A stretch of DNA of 64,000 bases from a virus (lineage: Duplodnaviria > Heunggongvirae > Uroviricota > Caudoviricetes), in the IMG/VR virus record IMGVR_UViG_3300031555_004037. One strand, given 5' to 3'. The notes under the pieces are model-generated. The model saw only the letters and a program-made list of their open reading frames with translations, made no database searches and was not told where the DNA came from. Made by a program: the position numbers and the translations under genes. This document shows positions 1 to 9,863 of the stretch, one piece after another; the stretch's first letter is position 1, and the number at the start of each line of letters is the position of its first letter.

Positions 1-589
1 TAGCAATTCCCCTAATAGAAATAGATTTAGTACCATTAGGTAGAATTTCAATTTCATTTTTATGAATATGTCCGTGAATATGAATAGGAACTTTTTTATC
101 ACATAAATATTTAGAAATTCCTAATAAACCACAATGAGCATCATCTGAATTATCATTTAAAAATGCTCTATCGTGAGTAAATAATATATCAACAAAAGTT
201 TGATTATCTAATAATTCAATGCTTTCTTCGTGTGTATATAAAGGACTTCGAGTATTTTTATATTTAATACTTCCCTCAAATCCAGCAAATCGAACTTTAT
301 GAAAGTAGTATTTATTATGTAAATTAGTTCCTTTTGTATATTGATTGTAATTATCGTGATTTCCGTGTAAATAATATGCTTTTTCTAGTGGAATACAAGT
401 ATCTAATATTCTTAAATCAGAAGAAGATAAATCTCCTAAAATAAAATAATCGTCTATATCTGATACTGTAAAAGTTTTATCTAATAATCCGTGTAAATCA
501 GATATAACTAATATTCTATAATGTGTTGTAATTTTTCTAACTTGTTTAGAACGCTTAAATAATCTTTTCACATATTTAATATAATTCAT
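1..589 (-). CDS. Calcineurin-like metallophosphoesterase (runs off window start)
   Basis: Manual translation from ATG 589: SDLHG, LGD, GNHD, THD, HGHIH motifs. Confidence 0.8.
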   Translation of the reverse strand, partial: MNYIKYVKRLFKRSKQVRKITTHYRILVISDLHGLLDKTFTVSDIDDYFILGDLSSSDLRILDTCIPLEKAYYLHGNHDNYNQYTKGTNLHNKYYFHKVRFAGFEGSIKYKNTRSPLYTHEESIELLDNQTFVDILFTHDRAFLNDNSDDAHCGLLGISKYLCDKKVPIHIHGHIHKNEIEILPNGTKSISIRGIA

Positions 590-590
590 T

Positions 591-773
591 TTATTTATAT
601 CTTTCTTGATATTCACTTTCAATTTTATCTACTTCATCATCAGATAATTTATTTACTACAAATTCTGCTAATTCTTCAAAGTCCTTTCCAAAAATAGGAC
701 AATATCCACCACACGAAATATATCTATCTTTTAATCGCTTACTTAAAACGCAATCATTACACCATTTAGCCAT
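591..773 (-). CDS. Hypothetical Cys-containing protein
   Basis: ORF track; start moved to the ATG following the AAGGAG SD. Confidence 0.6.
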   Translation of the reverse strand: MAKWCNDCVLSKRLKDRYISCGGYCPIFGKDFEELAEFVVNKLSDDEVDKIESEYQERYK

Positions 774-777
774 AATA

Positions 778-930
778 TTACTCCTTTTTATTGATAGGTT
801 CAAAATAATCGTGAGTTTTTACTCGTCTACTACAAGAATAGCATAAAACTCCTAATTCTCCACTACCATAATGTTTACATTGTTTACATACATTTACTTC
901 TTGTTCTTTTTTAATTTGTTTATTTTTCAT
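778..930 (-). CDS. Small Cys-rich protein (50 aa)
   Basis: Manual ORF MKNKQ..CKQC..CYSC; GGAGGG SD. Confidence 0.6.
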   Translation of the reverse strand: MKNKQIKKEQEVNVCKQCKHYGSGELGVLCYSCSRRVKTHDYFEPINKKE

Positions 931-1007
931 AATTCCCTCCATTTAATTATAAGACGCTATTTCAAATTCACAATCAGCGTCAATATAAACATTACCAACT
1001 TTCATAA

Positions 1008-1481
1008 TTATTCTTCCTTTACTATAATTTTATCGTCTTGAATATCATATATAATTTTATCAAATCCCTCATCTGACATAGGAATTGTAAAACAATTAGT
1101 CATTATATTATAATCTCTATCAGATACTTTTGAATAACCAACTCTTTTAGAATTTCTATCTTTACATACAGATAATGGAACTATAAATACATAACATTCT
1201 TTTTCATAATTATATAATTTTAATTCATTTAAAACTTTTCTTCTTCTTTGTTTTGTTAGATTAGTTGAATCATAGATTATATCATTTCCTAATTCTAAAT
1301 CTTTTTTCATTCTTGAATGTAATATATCTAATACTTCTTGAATTTGTTCTGTTTCGTGCATATTTAATTCATTACGAATTTTATCAGGAGAGTATATTTT
1401 ATAGCCTAATTGTTCAAATTCTAATGCTTTTGTACTTTTACCTGCTCCTGGTAGTCCAACAAACATAATAAATTTACTCAT
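1008..1481 (-). CDS. P-loop kinase, polynucleotide-kinase-like (AAA_33)
   Basis: GLPGAGKST, SPDKIR, YDSTNL..QRR. Confidence 0.8.
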   Translation of the reverse strand: MSKFIMFVGLPGAGKSTKALEFEQLGYKIYSPDKIRNELNMHETEQIQEVLDILHSRMKKDLELGNDIIYDSTNLTKQRRRKVLNELKLYNYEKECYVFIVPLSVCKDRNSKRVGYSKVSDRDYNIMTNCFTIPMSDEGFDKIIYDIQDDKIIVKEE

Positions 1482-1677
1482 TATTATTTTCTCCTTTCTT
1501 ATTTATATAATTAAATAGTGTTTTAGGCAAATATAATATTTATATTGTAGTATTTATTATATTTAATTATATATTTATTATCTAAATAAAGGTAACAATT
1601 TTTTATTTATGTTAAATATATACAAAATAAAATTATATTGATATAATAAGAATAAAAAAATTAAGGGATATTTAATT

Positions 1678-1977
1678 ATGACAAGAGATGAATGGTTAGA
1701 AAAATTAGAAAAAGACCAAACAAATAGATATGGTTTAGGAATGTATGTATTAGATACATTTAATGAAGATATTGCTGAATTATTAGAAGAACACGATAAC
1801 AAATTATTAAGTGGCGATAATAATATTCTAATTGAAAAAGCAAAGGCATTTGATAGTATTAAAAAATTATATGAAGAAAATATAGATGTTTTTAGTAATA
1901 CAAGTATTACTACTTATCATTTTATTAGAGAACTTTGTAATATTTTAGACAAATATGATTTAGAAAAAGGAGATTAA
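1678..1977 (+). CDS. Hypothetical protein
   Basis: ORF with SD; first gene after strand switch. Confidence 0.6.
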   Translation: MTRDEWLEKLEKDQTNRYGLGMYVLDTFNEDIAELLEEHDNKLLSGDNNILIEKAKAFDSIKKLYEENIDVFSNTSITTYHFIRELCNILDKYDLEKGD

Positions 1978-1983
1978 AGAATT

Positions 1984-3012
1984 ATGAAGATTATTAACGC
2001 AAGTACAAATTATTTAGATTCAAAAGGATTGACACCTTATCAGTTTATGGAAAGGGTTGGTCGTATTTGTTATAAATCGGAAGATAAAATTACAGATGAA
2101 AGTGCTGTTAAGTTCATTGGAGTATTAGCAAAAAATAAGCATACAGCAATGTTAGAACACTCACATATCTATCTCGATTTAGATGAGATGACAATATCTG
2201 AAATTGCTGCGTCACTATATTTAGATGCAATGAATATTAGTTTACATAATATTACACCTGTTAGTAATTATTTAAATTTTACAAATGACGGTATTGTACA
2301 TATTATGTCTGGTTCATTTAGGGCATTTATTACTTTATTTGAAACAGAAGAATTAAAGAATGTTCGTGCTGTTTTGTTTATTAGAAATAAATTACATAGT
2401 ATTTATCCAGAAGTATTTGAAGAATTATCAGAAGAAGAATTAGATATTCTTTCTGAAACTGATGAATTTACAAAGAATGAATATGTATCTGCTTATACAA
2501 GAGATGAGTTTATTGAGTTTGTTAATAGAACATTTGAAACTGATGTTGCAAATTTAATTTTCTATAAGCATTTAACTCATACAATTATTTTTACTTGTGA
2601 TAGGGGAGTAACTCACGAATTTGTTAGACATAGACCAGCATCATTTGCACAAGAAAGTACAAGATATTGTAACTACTCACATAATAAGTTTGATGGAGAA
2701 ATTACTTTTATTAAACCTTTATTCTTTGATGAAGATACAAAGGCTTATGAACTTTGGGAAGATGCAGTTAATTATGCTGAATCTAAATATTTTGATTTAT
2801 TGATTAGTGGTGCAAAGCCAGAACAGGCTCGTTCTGTATTGCCTAATTCTGTAAAGACAGAAATTGCAATTACAACAACAGAATCAGAATGGCAACATAT
2901 TATCAATTTAAGACTTCACGGAACAACTGGTTCTCCACATCCACAGATGGTTGAAGTGATGAATATGGCTATGCCTGATTTATTAAAAAATTCTAATAAT
3001 AGATTAAAGTAA
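1984..3012 (+). CDS. thyX: FAD-dependent thymidylate synthase
   Basis: HEFVRHRPASFAQESTRY signature; H..MLEH. Confidence 0.92.
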   Translation: MKIINASTNYLDSKGLTPYQFMERVGRICYKSEDKITDESAVKFIGVLAKNKHTAMLEHSHIYLDLDEMTISEIAASLYLDAMNISLHNITPVSNYLNFTNDGIVHIMSGSFRAFITLFETEELKNVRAVLFIRNKLHSIYPEVFEELSEEELDILSETDEFTKNEYVSAYTRDEFIEFVNRTFETDVANLIFYKHLTHTIIFTCDRGVTHEFVRHRPASFAQESTRYCNYSHNKFDGEITFIKPLFFDEDTKAYELWEDAVNYAESKYFDLLISGAKPEQARSVLPNSVKTEIAITTTESEWQHIINLRLHGTTGSPHPQMVEVMNMAMPDLLKNSNNRLK

Positions 3013-3024
3013 GGAATGAAATAA

Positions 3025-3315
3025 ATGAGTAAAGAATACGAACAGATTAGAGAAAAAGTAGCAAAACAATATAAAGAACAGATTAAAGATTTAACAGATA
3101 AAAATAAAACATTATCTAATAAAAATAAGTCACTTATTAAAGAAATTGAATCTTTAAAAAAGGAAATTGAATTACAAGAAAAGTTAATTCAACAACTTAT
3201 GGAATATAAAGATTTATCCAAAGAAGATATTGATAAATTACTTGTAATAAGTGAATCTAAACAACAAACACTTGAATTGTTTAAAATTTTTGAAAAATTT
3301 GGGGGTAATTTTTAA
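3025..3315 (+). CDS. Coiled-coil hypothetical protein
   Basis: ORF, SD, heptad-like composition. Confidence 0.6.
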   Translation: MSKEYEQIREKVAKQYKEQIKDLTDKNKTLSNKNKSLIKEIESLKKEIELQEKLIQQLMEYKDLSKEDIDKLLVISESKQQTLELFKIFEKFGGNF

Positions 3316-3560
3316 TGAAAGAACCTTGTTATATGTGTAATAATGCAAAAATTGATGAAGATTTAACTGATGATACTGATTTTTCTGCTTGTAGTATTGG
3401 AAAATGTGATATTGGTTTGAGATTAATGATTTGTTCTGGTGCTAAAAGACCTGTTCGCATCGAAGTTGAAAAATGGTATGAAACTTATGGTTGGGGAAGA
3501 GTAGGAATTTATTATCCTAATTATTGCCCTAATTGTGGAAGAAAAATTATTGAAAATTAA
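3315..3560 (+). CDS. Hypothetical Zn-binding protein
   Basis: CxxC ... CPNCG. Confidence 0.6.
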   Translation: MKEPCYMCNNAKIDEDLTDDTDFSACSIGKCDIGLRLMICSGAKRPVRIEVEKWYETYGWGRVGIYYPNYCPNCGRKIIEN

Positions 3561-3573
3561 GACGGAAAATTAT

Positions 3574-4101
3574 ATGAATATTGTATTTTTAGATGTAGAC
3601 GGAGAACTTACATATAGTGATTATTCTAATGAAGAAACAGCAGATATTGATGTTAATAAAGTAATACTACTTAAAGAACTTTGTGATATATGTAATGCAA
3701 AAGTTGTTATTAGTTCTTCTTGGCGAGGTTCGGAAAATTATACTCCTAAAATTTATTATGTTTTAATTGATATTTTAAGAAATTATAATATTGATGTTTT
3801 GGGAAATACTCCATATATCAATTTAGAATTTGAAGATATGGATAATTCAATTATTGCTGAAACCACATTAGAAGAATTACCTAATTTAAAAATTAAATAT
3901 GGAACTGGTAGAGCTGCTGAAATTCAGAAATGGATTAGTGAACATAATGTGGATAACTTTGTTATTTTAGATGACGAAGATTGGAATTGGTCTGATTATG
4001 GATTTGATAATCATTGGGTTCAACCTACTTGGTTTGGTAATGGTGGTTTAAAAAGAGAACATATAGATAAGGCGATTGATATATTATCAAAAGCATTTTA
4101 A
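3574..4101 (+). CDS. HAD-family phosphatase-like protein (Swiss-army-knife type)
   Basis: IVFLDVDGEL, ISSSWR, FVILDD. Confidence 0.75.
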   Translation: MNIVFLDVDGELTYSDYSNEETADIDVNKVILLKELCDICNAKVVISSSWRGSENYTPKIYYVLIDILRNYNIDVLGNTPYINLEFEDMDNSIIAETTLEELPNLKIKYGTGRAAEIQKWISEHNVDNFVILDDEDWNWSDYGFDNHWVQPTWFGNGGLKREHIDKAIDILSKAF

Positions 4102-4120
4102 TATAGGGGAGTTGTTTTTA

Positions 4121-4879
4121 ATGGAATTAAATAAAATATATAATGAAGATTGTCTAGTAGGAATGGACAAGATTGAAGATAAATCCGTAGATATGATTTT
4201 ATGTGATTTGCCTTATGAAACTACTAAAAATAAATGGGATATAGTTTTACCTTTTAAAGAATTATGGAAACAATATAATAGAATTATTAAAGATAATGGG
4301 GCTATTGTTTTATTTGCTGACGGTTTATTTATGGCTAATTTAATGAGAAGTAATCAAAAAATGTGGAGATATAACTTGGTTTGGGATAAAGTTTTAGCGT
4401 CTGGTTTTTTAAATGCTAATCGTATGCCATTAAGAGTTCACGAAAATATATGTGTATTTTATAAAAAATTACCTACATATAATCCACAATTTATGATGGG
4501 AAAACCTTTACACGGTAAGGGAAGTAGTTATATAGATAAAGATGTTAAAAATAATAATTATGGAAAATTTAATCAATTAGAAGATATTAGAAAGGGAAGT
4601 GTTGAAAAATATCCTAAAAGTATTTTAACATTTAGTAAACCACATCCTAGTAAAAGTATTCACCCTACTCAAAAGTCAGAAGAACTTTTTAAATGGTTAA
4701 TTAAAACTTATACAAATGAAGGAGATTTGGTTTTGGATAATTGTATAGGTTCTGGAACAACAGCAGTTGCTTGTATTAAAACAAATCGTAATTATATAGG
4801 TTTTGAAAAAGATAAAACATATTATGATATATGTATAGAAAGAATTGAAAATACATATAAGGAAATGAAAAATGAATAA
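4121..4879 (+). CDS. DNA methyltransferase, N4/N6 family
   Basis: DLPY, HPTQKS, VLDNCIGSGTT. Confidence 0.9.
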   Translation: MELNKIYNEDCLVGMDKIEDKSVDMILCDLPYETTKNKWDIVLPFKELWKQYNRIIKDNGAIVLFADGLFMANLMRSNQKMWRYNLVWDKVLASGFLNANRMPLRVHENICVFYKKLPTYNPQFMMGKPLHGKGSSYIDKDVKNNNYGKFNQLEDIRKGSVEKYPKSILTFSKPHPSKSIHPTQKSEELFKWLIKTYTNEGDLVLDNCIGSGTTAVACIKTNRNYIGFEKDKTYYDICIERIENTYKEMKNE

Positions 4880-5003
4880 GAATTTATTACAAGTGCCTTG
4901 TAGTTATCAAGGTGGTAAATAGATATTAGCAAAACAAATTGTAGATATATTCTTTGAAGAAAATATGATTGATGACGGTTTGTTTGGTAAAAGGGAAGTA
5001 TAA
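4872..5003 (+). pseudogene. Remnant of a Dam/D12-class methyltransferase N-terminus
   Basis: SYQGGK*ILAKQIVDIF with in-frame TAG at 4920-4922; truncated. Confidence 0.6.
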
Positions 5004-5045
5004 CAGAACCTATTATTAAATGGTTGTAATTAAAGGAGTATAATA

Positions 5046-5879
5046 ATGAGCAATTATATAAAAAGTCCACTTAATTATGTGGGGGGTAAGTTTAAATTAT
5101 TAAAAGAAATTTTACCACTATTTCCAAATAATATAAGTACCTTTGTAGATTTATTTGGTGGTGGTTTTAATGTTGGTATCAATGTAGACGCAGAAAACAT
5201 TATTTATAATGATATTTCTAAACCAGTAGTTGAATTATTAGAGTATCTTAAAAATAATAATATTGATAATTTACTTAAAGAAATTGACGGTTATATAGAA
5301 AAATATAATTTATCAAAAGAAAATGCTGAAGGATTTAATCAGTTAAGAAATTATTATAATGAAGAAAATAATAGTTCTATTGTTTTTTATACAATGCTTT
5401 GTTATGCGTTTAATTATCAAATTAGATTTAATCAAAATGGTAAATATAATATGCCATTTGGTAAAGATAGAAGTAGTTTTAATCCCACTTTAAGAAAAAA
5501 GTTTTTTGATTTTGTAAATGTATTACATAATAAGAATTGTTGTTTTGTAAATAACTCTTTTGATAAATTTGATTTTAATAAGTTAGATAGTAATTCGTTT
5601 GTATATTGCGACCCACCATATTTCAATAGTGTTGCGTCTTATAATGAACAGGGTGGTTGGACAAAAGAACACGAAAAAACTTTATTAGAATTATTAGATA
5701 CATTAAATGCAAATGGTGTAAAATTTGCACTTTCTAATAATCTTAAATATGATAATCCCCTATTAGATAAATGGAAAGATAAATATACAATACATTACTT
5801 AAATTGTGATTATAGTAATTGTAATTATCAAAAAATTGACAAAAGTAAAGATATAGAAGTGCTCATTACTAATTATTAA
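5046..5879 (+). CDS. dam: Dam-like DNA adenine methyltransferase (D12 class)
   Basis: NYVGGK, DLFGGG, YCDPPY. Confidence 0.9.
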   Translation: MSNYIKSPLNYVGGKFKLLKEILPLFPNNISTFVDLFGGGFNVGINVDAENIIYNDISKPVVELLEYLKNNNIDNLLKEIDGYIEKYNLSKENAEGFNQLRNYYNEENNSSIVFYTMLCYAFNYQIRFNQNGKYNMPFGKDRSSFNPTLRKKFFDFVNVLHNKNCCFVNNSFDKFDFNKLDSNSFVYCDPPYFNSVASYNEQGGWTKEHEKTLLELLDTLNANGVKFALSNNLKYDNPLLDKWKDKYTIHYLNCDYSNCNYQKIDKSKDIEVLITNY

Positions 5880-5894
5880 AGGTTATAAAATTTG

Positions 5895-5923
5895 TTTACA
5901 AATAACGAATAATGTAGTATAAT
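5895..5923 (+). promoter_or_regulatory. SigA-type promoter
   Basis: TTTACA-N17-TATAAT. Confidence 0.75.
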
Positions 5924-5935
5924 ATAATTATAGGG

Positions 5936-6691
5936 GTGGTATATTTGAAATATGTAGGAAGTAAAGCAAAATTAGTAAAAGAAATTGCACCAATATTACA
6001 AAAATGTATTGACGAAAATGATATAAAGACTTATTATGAACCATTTGTCGGTGGTGCTAATATGATAGTACATATTAAATGCGAACAAAAAATAGGTAAT
6101 GATATTGATAATTTACCTATTGATTTAATACAAGCAGGACTGTCTGAAAAGGACAAGTTATTTGATAGATTACCGAAACCTTATCCAACCAAAGAACATT
6201 ATTATGATGTTAGAGATAATGCTGATAAATATGATAAGGGTTATAGAGCTGCTATATTATTATTTGCGTCATATAATGCAAGAGTTTATGGTGGTTGTTA
6301 TGGGGCATTTGCTAATACCAAAGATGGTGGAGTGAGAAACTATTTTCAAGAAGCAATGCGAAATTTTAAGAAACAATTACCTACATTAAAGGGTATAGAG
6401 TTATATAATTCAAGTTATTTAAATTTAGATATTCCATTACATAATTCCGTAATTTATTGCGACCCACCTTATTCAGACGGTATTGGTTATAGTACAACTT
6501 TTAATTCTGACGAATTTTGGAATTGGGTTAGAAGAATGAGTAGAGATAATTATGTATTTGTTTCTGAATATAATGCACCTGATGATTTTGAGTGTGTATG
6601 GAGTAAAGATATAAAAACACATATGAATAATAGGGGTAAATTACCTAAAATTGAAAAATTATTTGTATATAAAGGAGATAATAAATATTAG
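5936..6691 (+). CDS. D12-class DNA adenine methyltransferase
   Basis: YVGSK, EPFVGG, YCDPPY. Confidence 0.88.
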   Translation: MVYLKYVGSKAKLVKEIAPILQKCIDENDIKTYYEPFVGGANMIVHIKCEQKIGNDIDNLPIDLIQAGLSEKDKLFDRLPKPYPTKEHYYDVRDNADKYDKGYRAAILLFASYNARVYGGCYGAFANTKDGGVRNYFQEAMRNFKKQLPTLKGIELYNSSYLNLDIPLHNSVIYCDPPYSDGIGYSTTFNSDEFWNWVRRMSRDNYVFVSEYNAPDDFECVWSKDIKTHMNNRGKLPKIEKLFVYKGDNKY

Positions 6692-6735
6692 AAACAACAT
6701 ACACACATAATGAAAATATTAAAGAGGATAAATAT

Positions 6736-7587
6736 ATGAGTAGTAATTATATAAAATCTCCAATTAATTATGCAGGAAGTAAATACCGATTATTAAAAGA
6801 TATTATTCCTATGTTTCCTAATAATATATATACATTTATAGATTTATTTGGGGGGGCATTTAATGTAGGAATTAATGTAAACGCAAAACACATTATTTAC
6901 AATGATATTATAAATTATCTTCCAGAACTTTTTGAATATTGGAGTAATACAGATTTAAAAGAAATTAATAATTATATTGATAAAACCATTGAAAAGAATG
7001 GTTTATCTTCAACAAATGCAAATACATTTTTAAAATTTAGAGAAAAATATAATAGAGAAAAAGATATTAGAGATTTATTTATTTTGGTATGTTATTCATT
7101 CAACTATCAAATGAGATTTAATAATAATCATCAGTACAATAGTAGCTTTGGTAAAGAAGCAAGTACGATGAATGACAGTATTAGAAATAATCTCAACAAA
7201 TTTGTAGAAAAATTACATAGTGGTGATTATATATTCTTAAATCATAATTTTGTAGATTTTGATTTTTCTAATCTTAATGAGAATGATTTTGTTTATTGTG
7301 ACTGTCCTTATTCACTTGGAACAGGAGTATATCAAGACGGTAAGCGTGGTTTTAATGGATGGTCAAAAGAAGACGATAAGAAATTATTTAAAATTCTTGA
7401 CGAATTAAATGAAAGACGTATTAGATTTGCATTAAGTAATGTATTTGAAAATAAAGGAATGAGAAATGAAGAACTTATAGAGTGGAGTAATAAATATAAA
7501 GTTTATCATTTTAATATTAACTACAATGGCTCAAATTATCAAAGAAAAAACGGAAAATCAGATGAGGTATTGATTATAAATTATTAA
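6736..7587 (+). CDS. Dam-like adenine methyltransferase, paralog of 5046 (DCPY variant)
   Basis: NYAGSK, DLFGGA, YCDCPY; aligns by eye with 5046. Confidence 0.85.
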   Translation: MSSNYIKSPINYAGSKYRLLKDIIPMFPNNIYTFIDLFGGAFNVGINVNAKHIIYNDIINYLPELFEYWSNTDLKEINNYIDKTIEKNGLSSTNANTFLKFREKYNREKDIRDLFILVCYSFNYQMRFNNNHQYNSSFGKEASTMNDSIRNNLNKFVEKLHSGDYIFLNHNFVDFDFSNLNENDFVYCDCPYSLGTGVYQDGKRGFNGWSKEDDKKLFKILDELNERRIRFALSNVFENKGMRNEELIEWSNKYKVYHFNINYNGSNYQRKNGKSDEVLIINY

Positions 7588-7603
7588 CTAAAGGAGTATT
7601 TTA

Positions 7604-7795
7604 ATGAAATTAAAAGTATGTAAACTTTGTAATGGAGAAGCAGAAATAATAGGTCATTACATTAAAGGAGTTGCTAATAATTATCAATATTTTGTTAGAT
7701 GTAGCAAATGTAAATCAAGACCAAGAGCATATCACACATTTAAAACAAAAGAAAAAGCCATTGAAATTTGGAATATAAATAATTCCCTTTTCTGA
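7604..7795 (+). CDS. Lar-like restriction alleviation protein
   Basis: CKLCNGEA..VRCSKC..AIEIWN pattern. Confidence 0.65.
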   Translation: MKLKVCKLCNGEAEIIGHYIKGVANNYQYFVRCSKCKSRPRAYHTFKTKEKAIEIWNINNSLF

Positions 7796-7832
7796 ATTGT
7801 GTGCCTATACAATTTATCACTACAAGGAGGAA

Positions 7833-8261
7833 ATGAAGATGGTAGGCATTTCAGAAAATAGAATGAAACATATTTTGGCAGTTGCAAGACAATCTTTTCA
7901 TATTGCGAAGACTAAATATAATCTAAGTGAAGATAATTGTAGAAAAGCATTTGTAATTGGATATTTGCACGATATAGGGTATGAGTTTAGTGAAAACAAT
8001 TTAGAACATCCAGAAAAAGGGTTTTCTTTAATAAAAGACGCATTAGGCATTGAAATACCAGAAATATTGAAACACGGGGACCCTTGTGCAGAACAAAATT
8101 TATTCTTATCAATATTAAATGAAGCAGATTTAACTGTAGATTCTAAAGGAAATATAGTAACAGTAGAAGAAAGATTAAATGACATTAAGGATAGATATTC
8201 TGCAAATGCACTTGAATATCTAAATCCATTAAGTGTAGCAAGAAATCTTGACTTGGTGTAA
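7833..8261 (+). CDS. HD-domain hydrolase
   Basis: RMKH..YLHDIG..H..EAD. Confidence 0.75.
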   Translation: MKMVGISENRMKHILAVARQSFHIAKTKYNLSEDNCRKAFVIGYLHDIGYEFSENNLEHPEKGFSLIKDALGIEIPEILKHGDPCAEQNLFLSILNEADLTVDSKGNIVTVEERLNDIKDRYSANALEYLNPLSVARNLDLV

Positions 8262-8334
8262 TAAAAGTATAGTTTTGGATAACAAACATTAGGTACACTT
8301 TTACGAAAAGGGAGTAAATAATTAAGGAGTTAAT

Positions 8335-8985
8335 ATGAAGTTTAAAATTAAATCATTAAGAATTGAAAAAACAATGACATATAATGACCGAGATGATAGA
8401 TATGAAGATAATAATATATACATATTAAACTGTATTTCAAATATAGGTAAAAAATATGAATTAAGATTATGGACTATTTATGGAGATTGTTATAGTGGTT
8501 GGTGTGGCTCTTCTTGGGGAAATAATATTCTTAAAGAGGTAGATACTTTTGTTGGTATGACACATAAACCTATTAAGGAATTAGAATTTGATTTAGATAT
8601 TGACACTAATGTTAAAGAAATTGAATTACCTGATATGGATAATGATATTTTTAGTATTAGTTATGATGGAAATGATTTTTATTATCCAAATGGTTATGCA
8701 CACTTAAATGAAAATTTATTTATAGAAATAAATCGTAATAAAGAAAAAAGACCTGTTTGGATTTTTAAAGGAGATAGTGCATTAGGTAAAAGTTATCTTG
8801 CAGGAATTATTGCAAATAGTGATAGAATGAAAACTGTTTATGAAACAGATGCACACGAAACATTAGATAAAATTCACGAAGATATTATAGTTATTGGAAA
8901 TAAGTATTCTTATACAGTTGAAGAAATAAAAGAATATATTGAGGGGGATTTTGAAATTATTTTAGTAGATTTTTCAAAATTATAA
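8335..8985 (+). CDS. Hypothetical protein with C-terminal P-loop-like motif
   Basis: GDSALGKS. Confidence 0.55.
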   Translation: MKFKIKSLRIEKTMTYNDRDDRYEDNNIYILNCISNIGKKYELRLWTIYGDCYSGWCGSSWGNNILKEVDTFVGMTHKPIKELEFDLDIDTNVKEIELPDMDNDIFSISYDGNDFYYPNGYAHLNENLFIEINRNKEKRPVWIFKGDSALGKSYLAGIIANSDRMKTVYETDAHETLDKIHEDIIVIGNKYSYTVEEIKEYIEGDFEIILVDFSKL

Positions 8986-8994
8986 GGTGTAAAT

Positions 8995-9738
8995 ATGGAA
9001 TTAAATAAGATATACAATGGAGAATGTATAGAAATTCTAAAAACTTTTCCTGACGCAAGTGTGAATTGCATAATAACTTCGCCCCCTTATTGGAAAGGGT
9101 TTGAATATGAGGCATATTTTAATTCTTATAAACAATATCTTGATTGGACAAAAGAATGGTTAAAAGAATGTAAAAGAGTTTTAAAACCAAATGGAACTAT
9201 GTACTTAAATGTAAGTAATGATAGTGATATTACAATTAGAGCATTTGAAATTATGGAAATTGCAACAAGAGAATTGATGTATAAATTACACGATACAATT
9301 ATTTGGTATAGATATAACCAACAACCTGCAAATACACCAAGACAGTTGACTAATCAATGTGAATATATATTTATGTTAAGACATACATCTGCAAATGTGG
9401 AACTTGATAAACAATTAGCTTATGAGAAAAACCCACATATATTCAAAACAAAAAATGTAGGAAATGTATGGGAAATTCCTTTTAATAGTGGTAAAAAGAC
9501 AGTAAAATCTTTTGGTAGAAAAGAAACAAAATCTACTTGGGGTCATAGTGGTTTTCCATTAGAATTACCTGAAACTTGTATTTTACTTTCTACAAAGGAA
9601 AATGATGTTGTATTAGATTGTTTTATGGGTAGTGGTACAACAGCAGTTGCTTGTAAAAAACATAATAGAAATTATATTGGTATTGAATTAAATAAAGATT
9701 ATTGTGAACTTGCTGAAAATAGAATTGTAGAAAGTTAA
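8995..9738 (+). CDS. DNA methyltransferase, probably N4-cytosine
   Basis: TSPPY, VLDCFMGSGTT. Confidence 0.9.
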   Translation: MELNKIYNGECIEILKTFPDASVNCIITSPPYWKGFEYEAYFNSYKQYLDWTKEWLKECKRVLKPNGTMYLNVSNDSDITIRAFEIMEIATRELMYKLHDTIIWYRYNQQPANTPRQLTNQCEYIFMLRHTSANVELDKQLAYEKNPHIFKTKNVGNVWEIPFNSGKKTVKSFGRKETKSTWGHSGFPLELPETCILLSTKENDVVLDCFMGSGTTAVACKKHNRNYIGIELNKDYCELAENRIVES

Positions 9739-9743
9739 AATTA

Positions 9744-9778
9744 AAAGGTATTGCTTATATAGTAATACCTTTATTTTT
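9744..9778 (+). terminator. Intrinsic terminator
   Basis: AAAGGTATTGCT/AGTAATACCTTT + T tract. Confidence 0.75.
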
Positions 9779-9796
9779 ATATACTTAAAAAATTTG

Positions 9797-9825
9797 TTGA
9801 CAAATTGCGTATAATGTGTTATACT
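9797..9825 (+). promoter_or_regulatory. SigA-type promoter
   Basis: TTGACA-N17-TATACT, TG extension. Confidence 0.8.
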
Positions 9826-9863
9826 ATATACATAAATAATAAATTGTTTATATTTTTATTAGT

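Noticed and set aside
935-955. Extra copy of the CTATTTAATTATA motif
   Set aside because: Inexact, wrong orientation relative to the minus-strand genes, AT-rich context
4920-4922. TAG-to-Gln recoding suggested by the in-frame TAG in the Dam fragment
   Set aside because: Many intact genes end in TAG overlapping the next SD, long ORFs are unbroken in code 11, and no CTA-anticodon tRNA is seen
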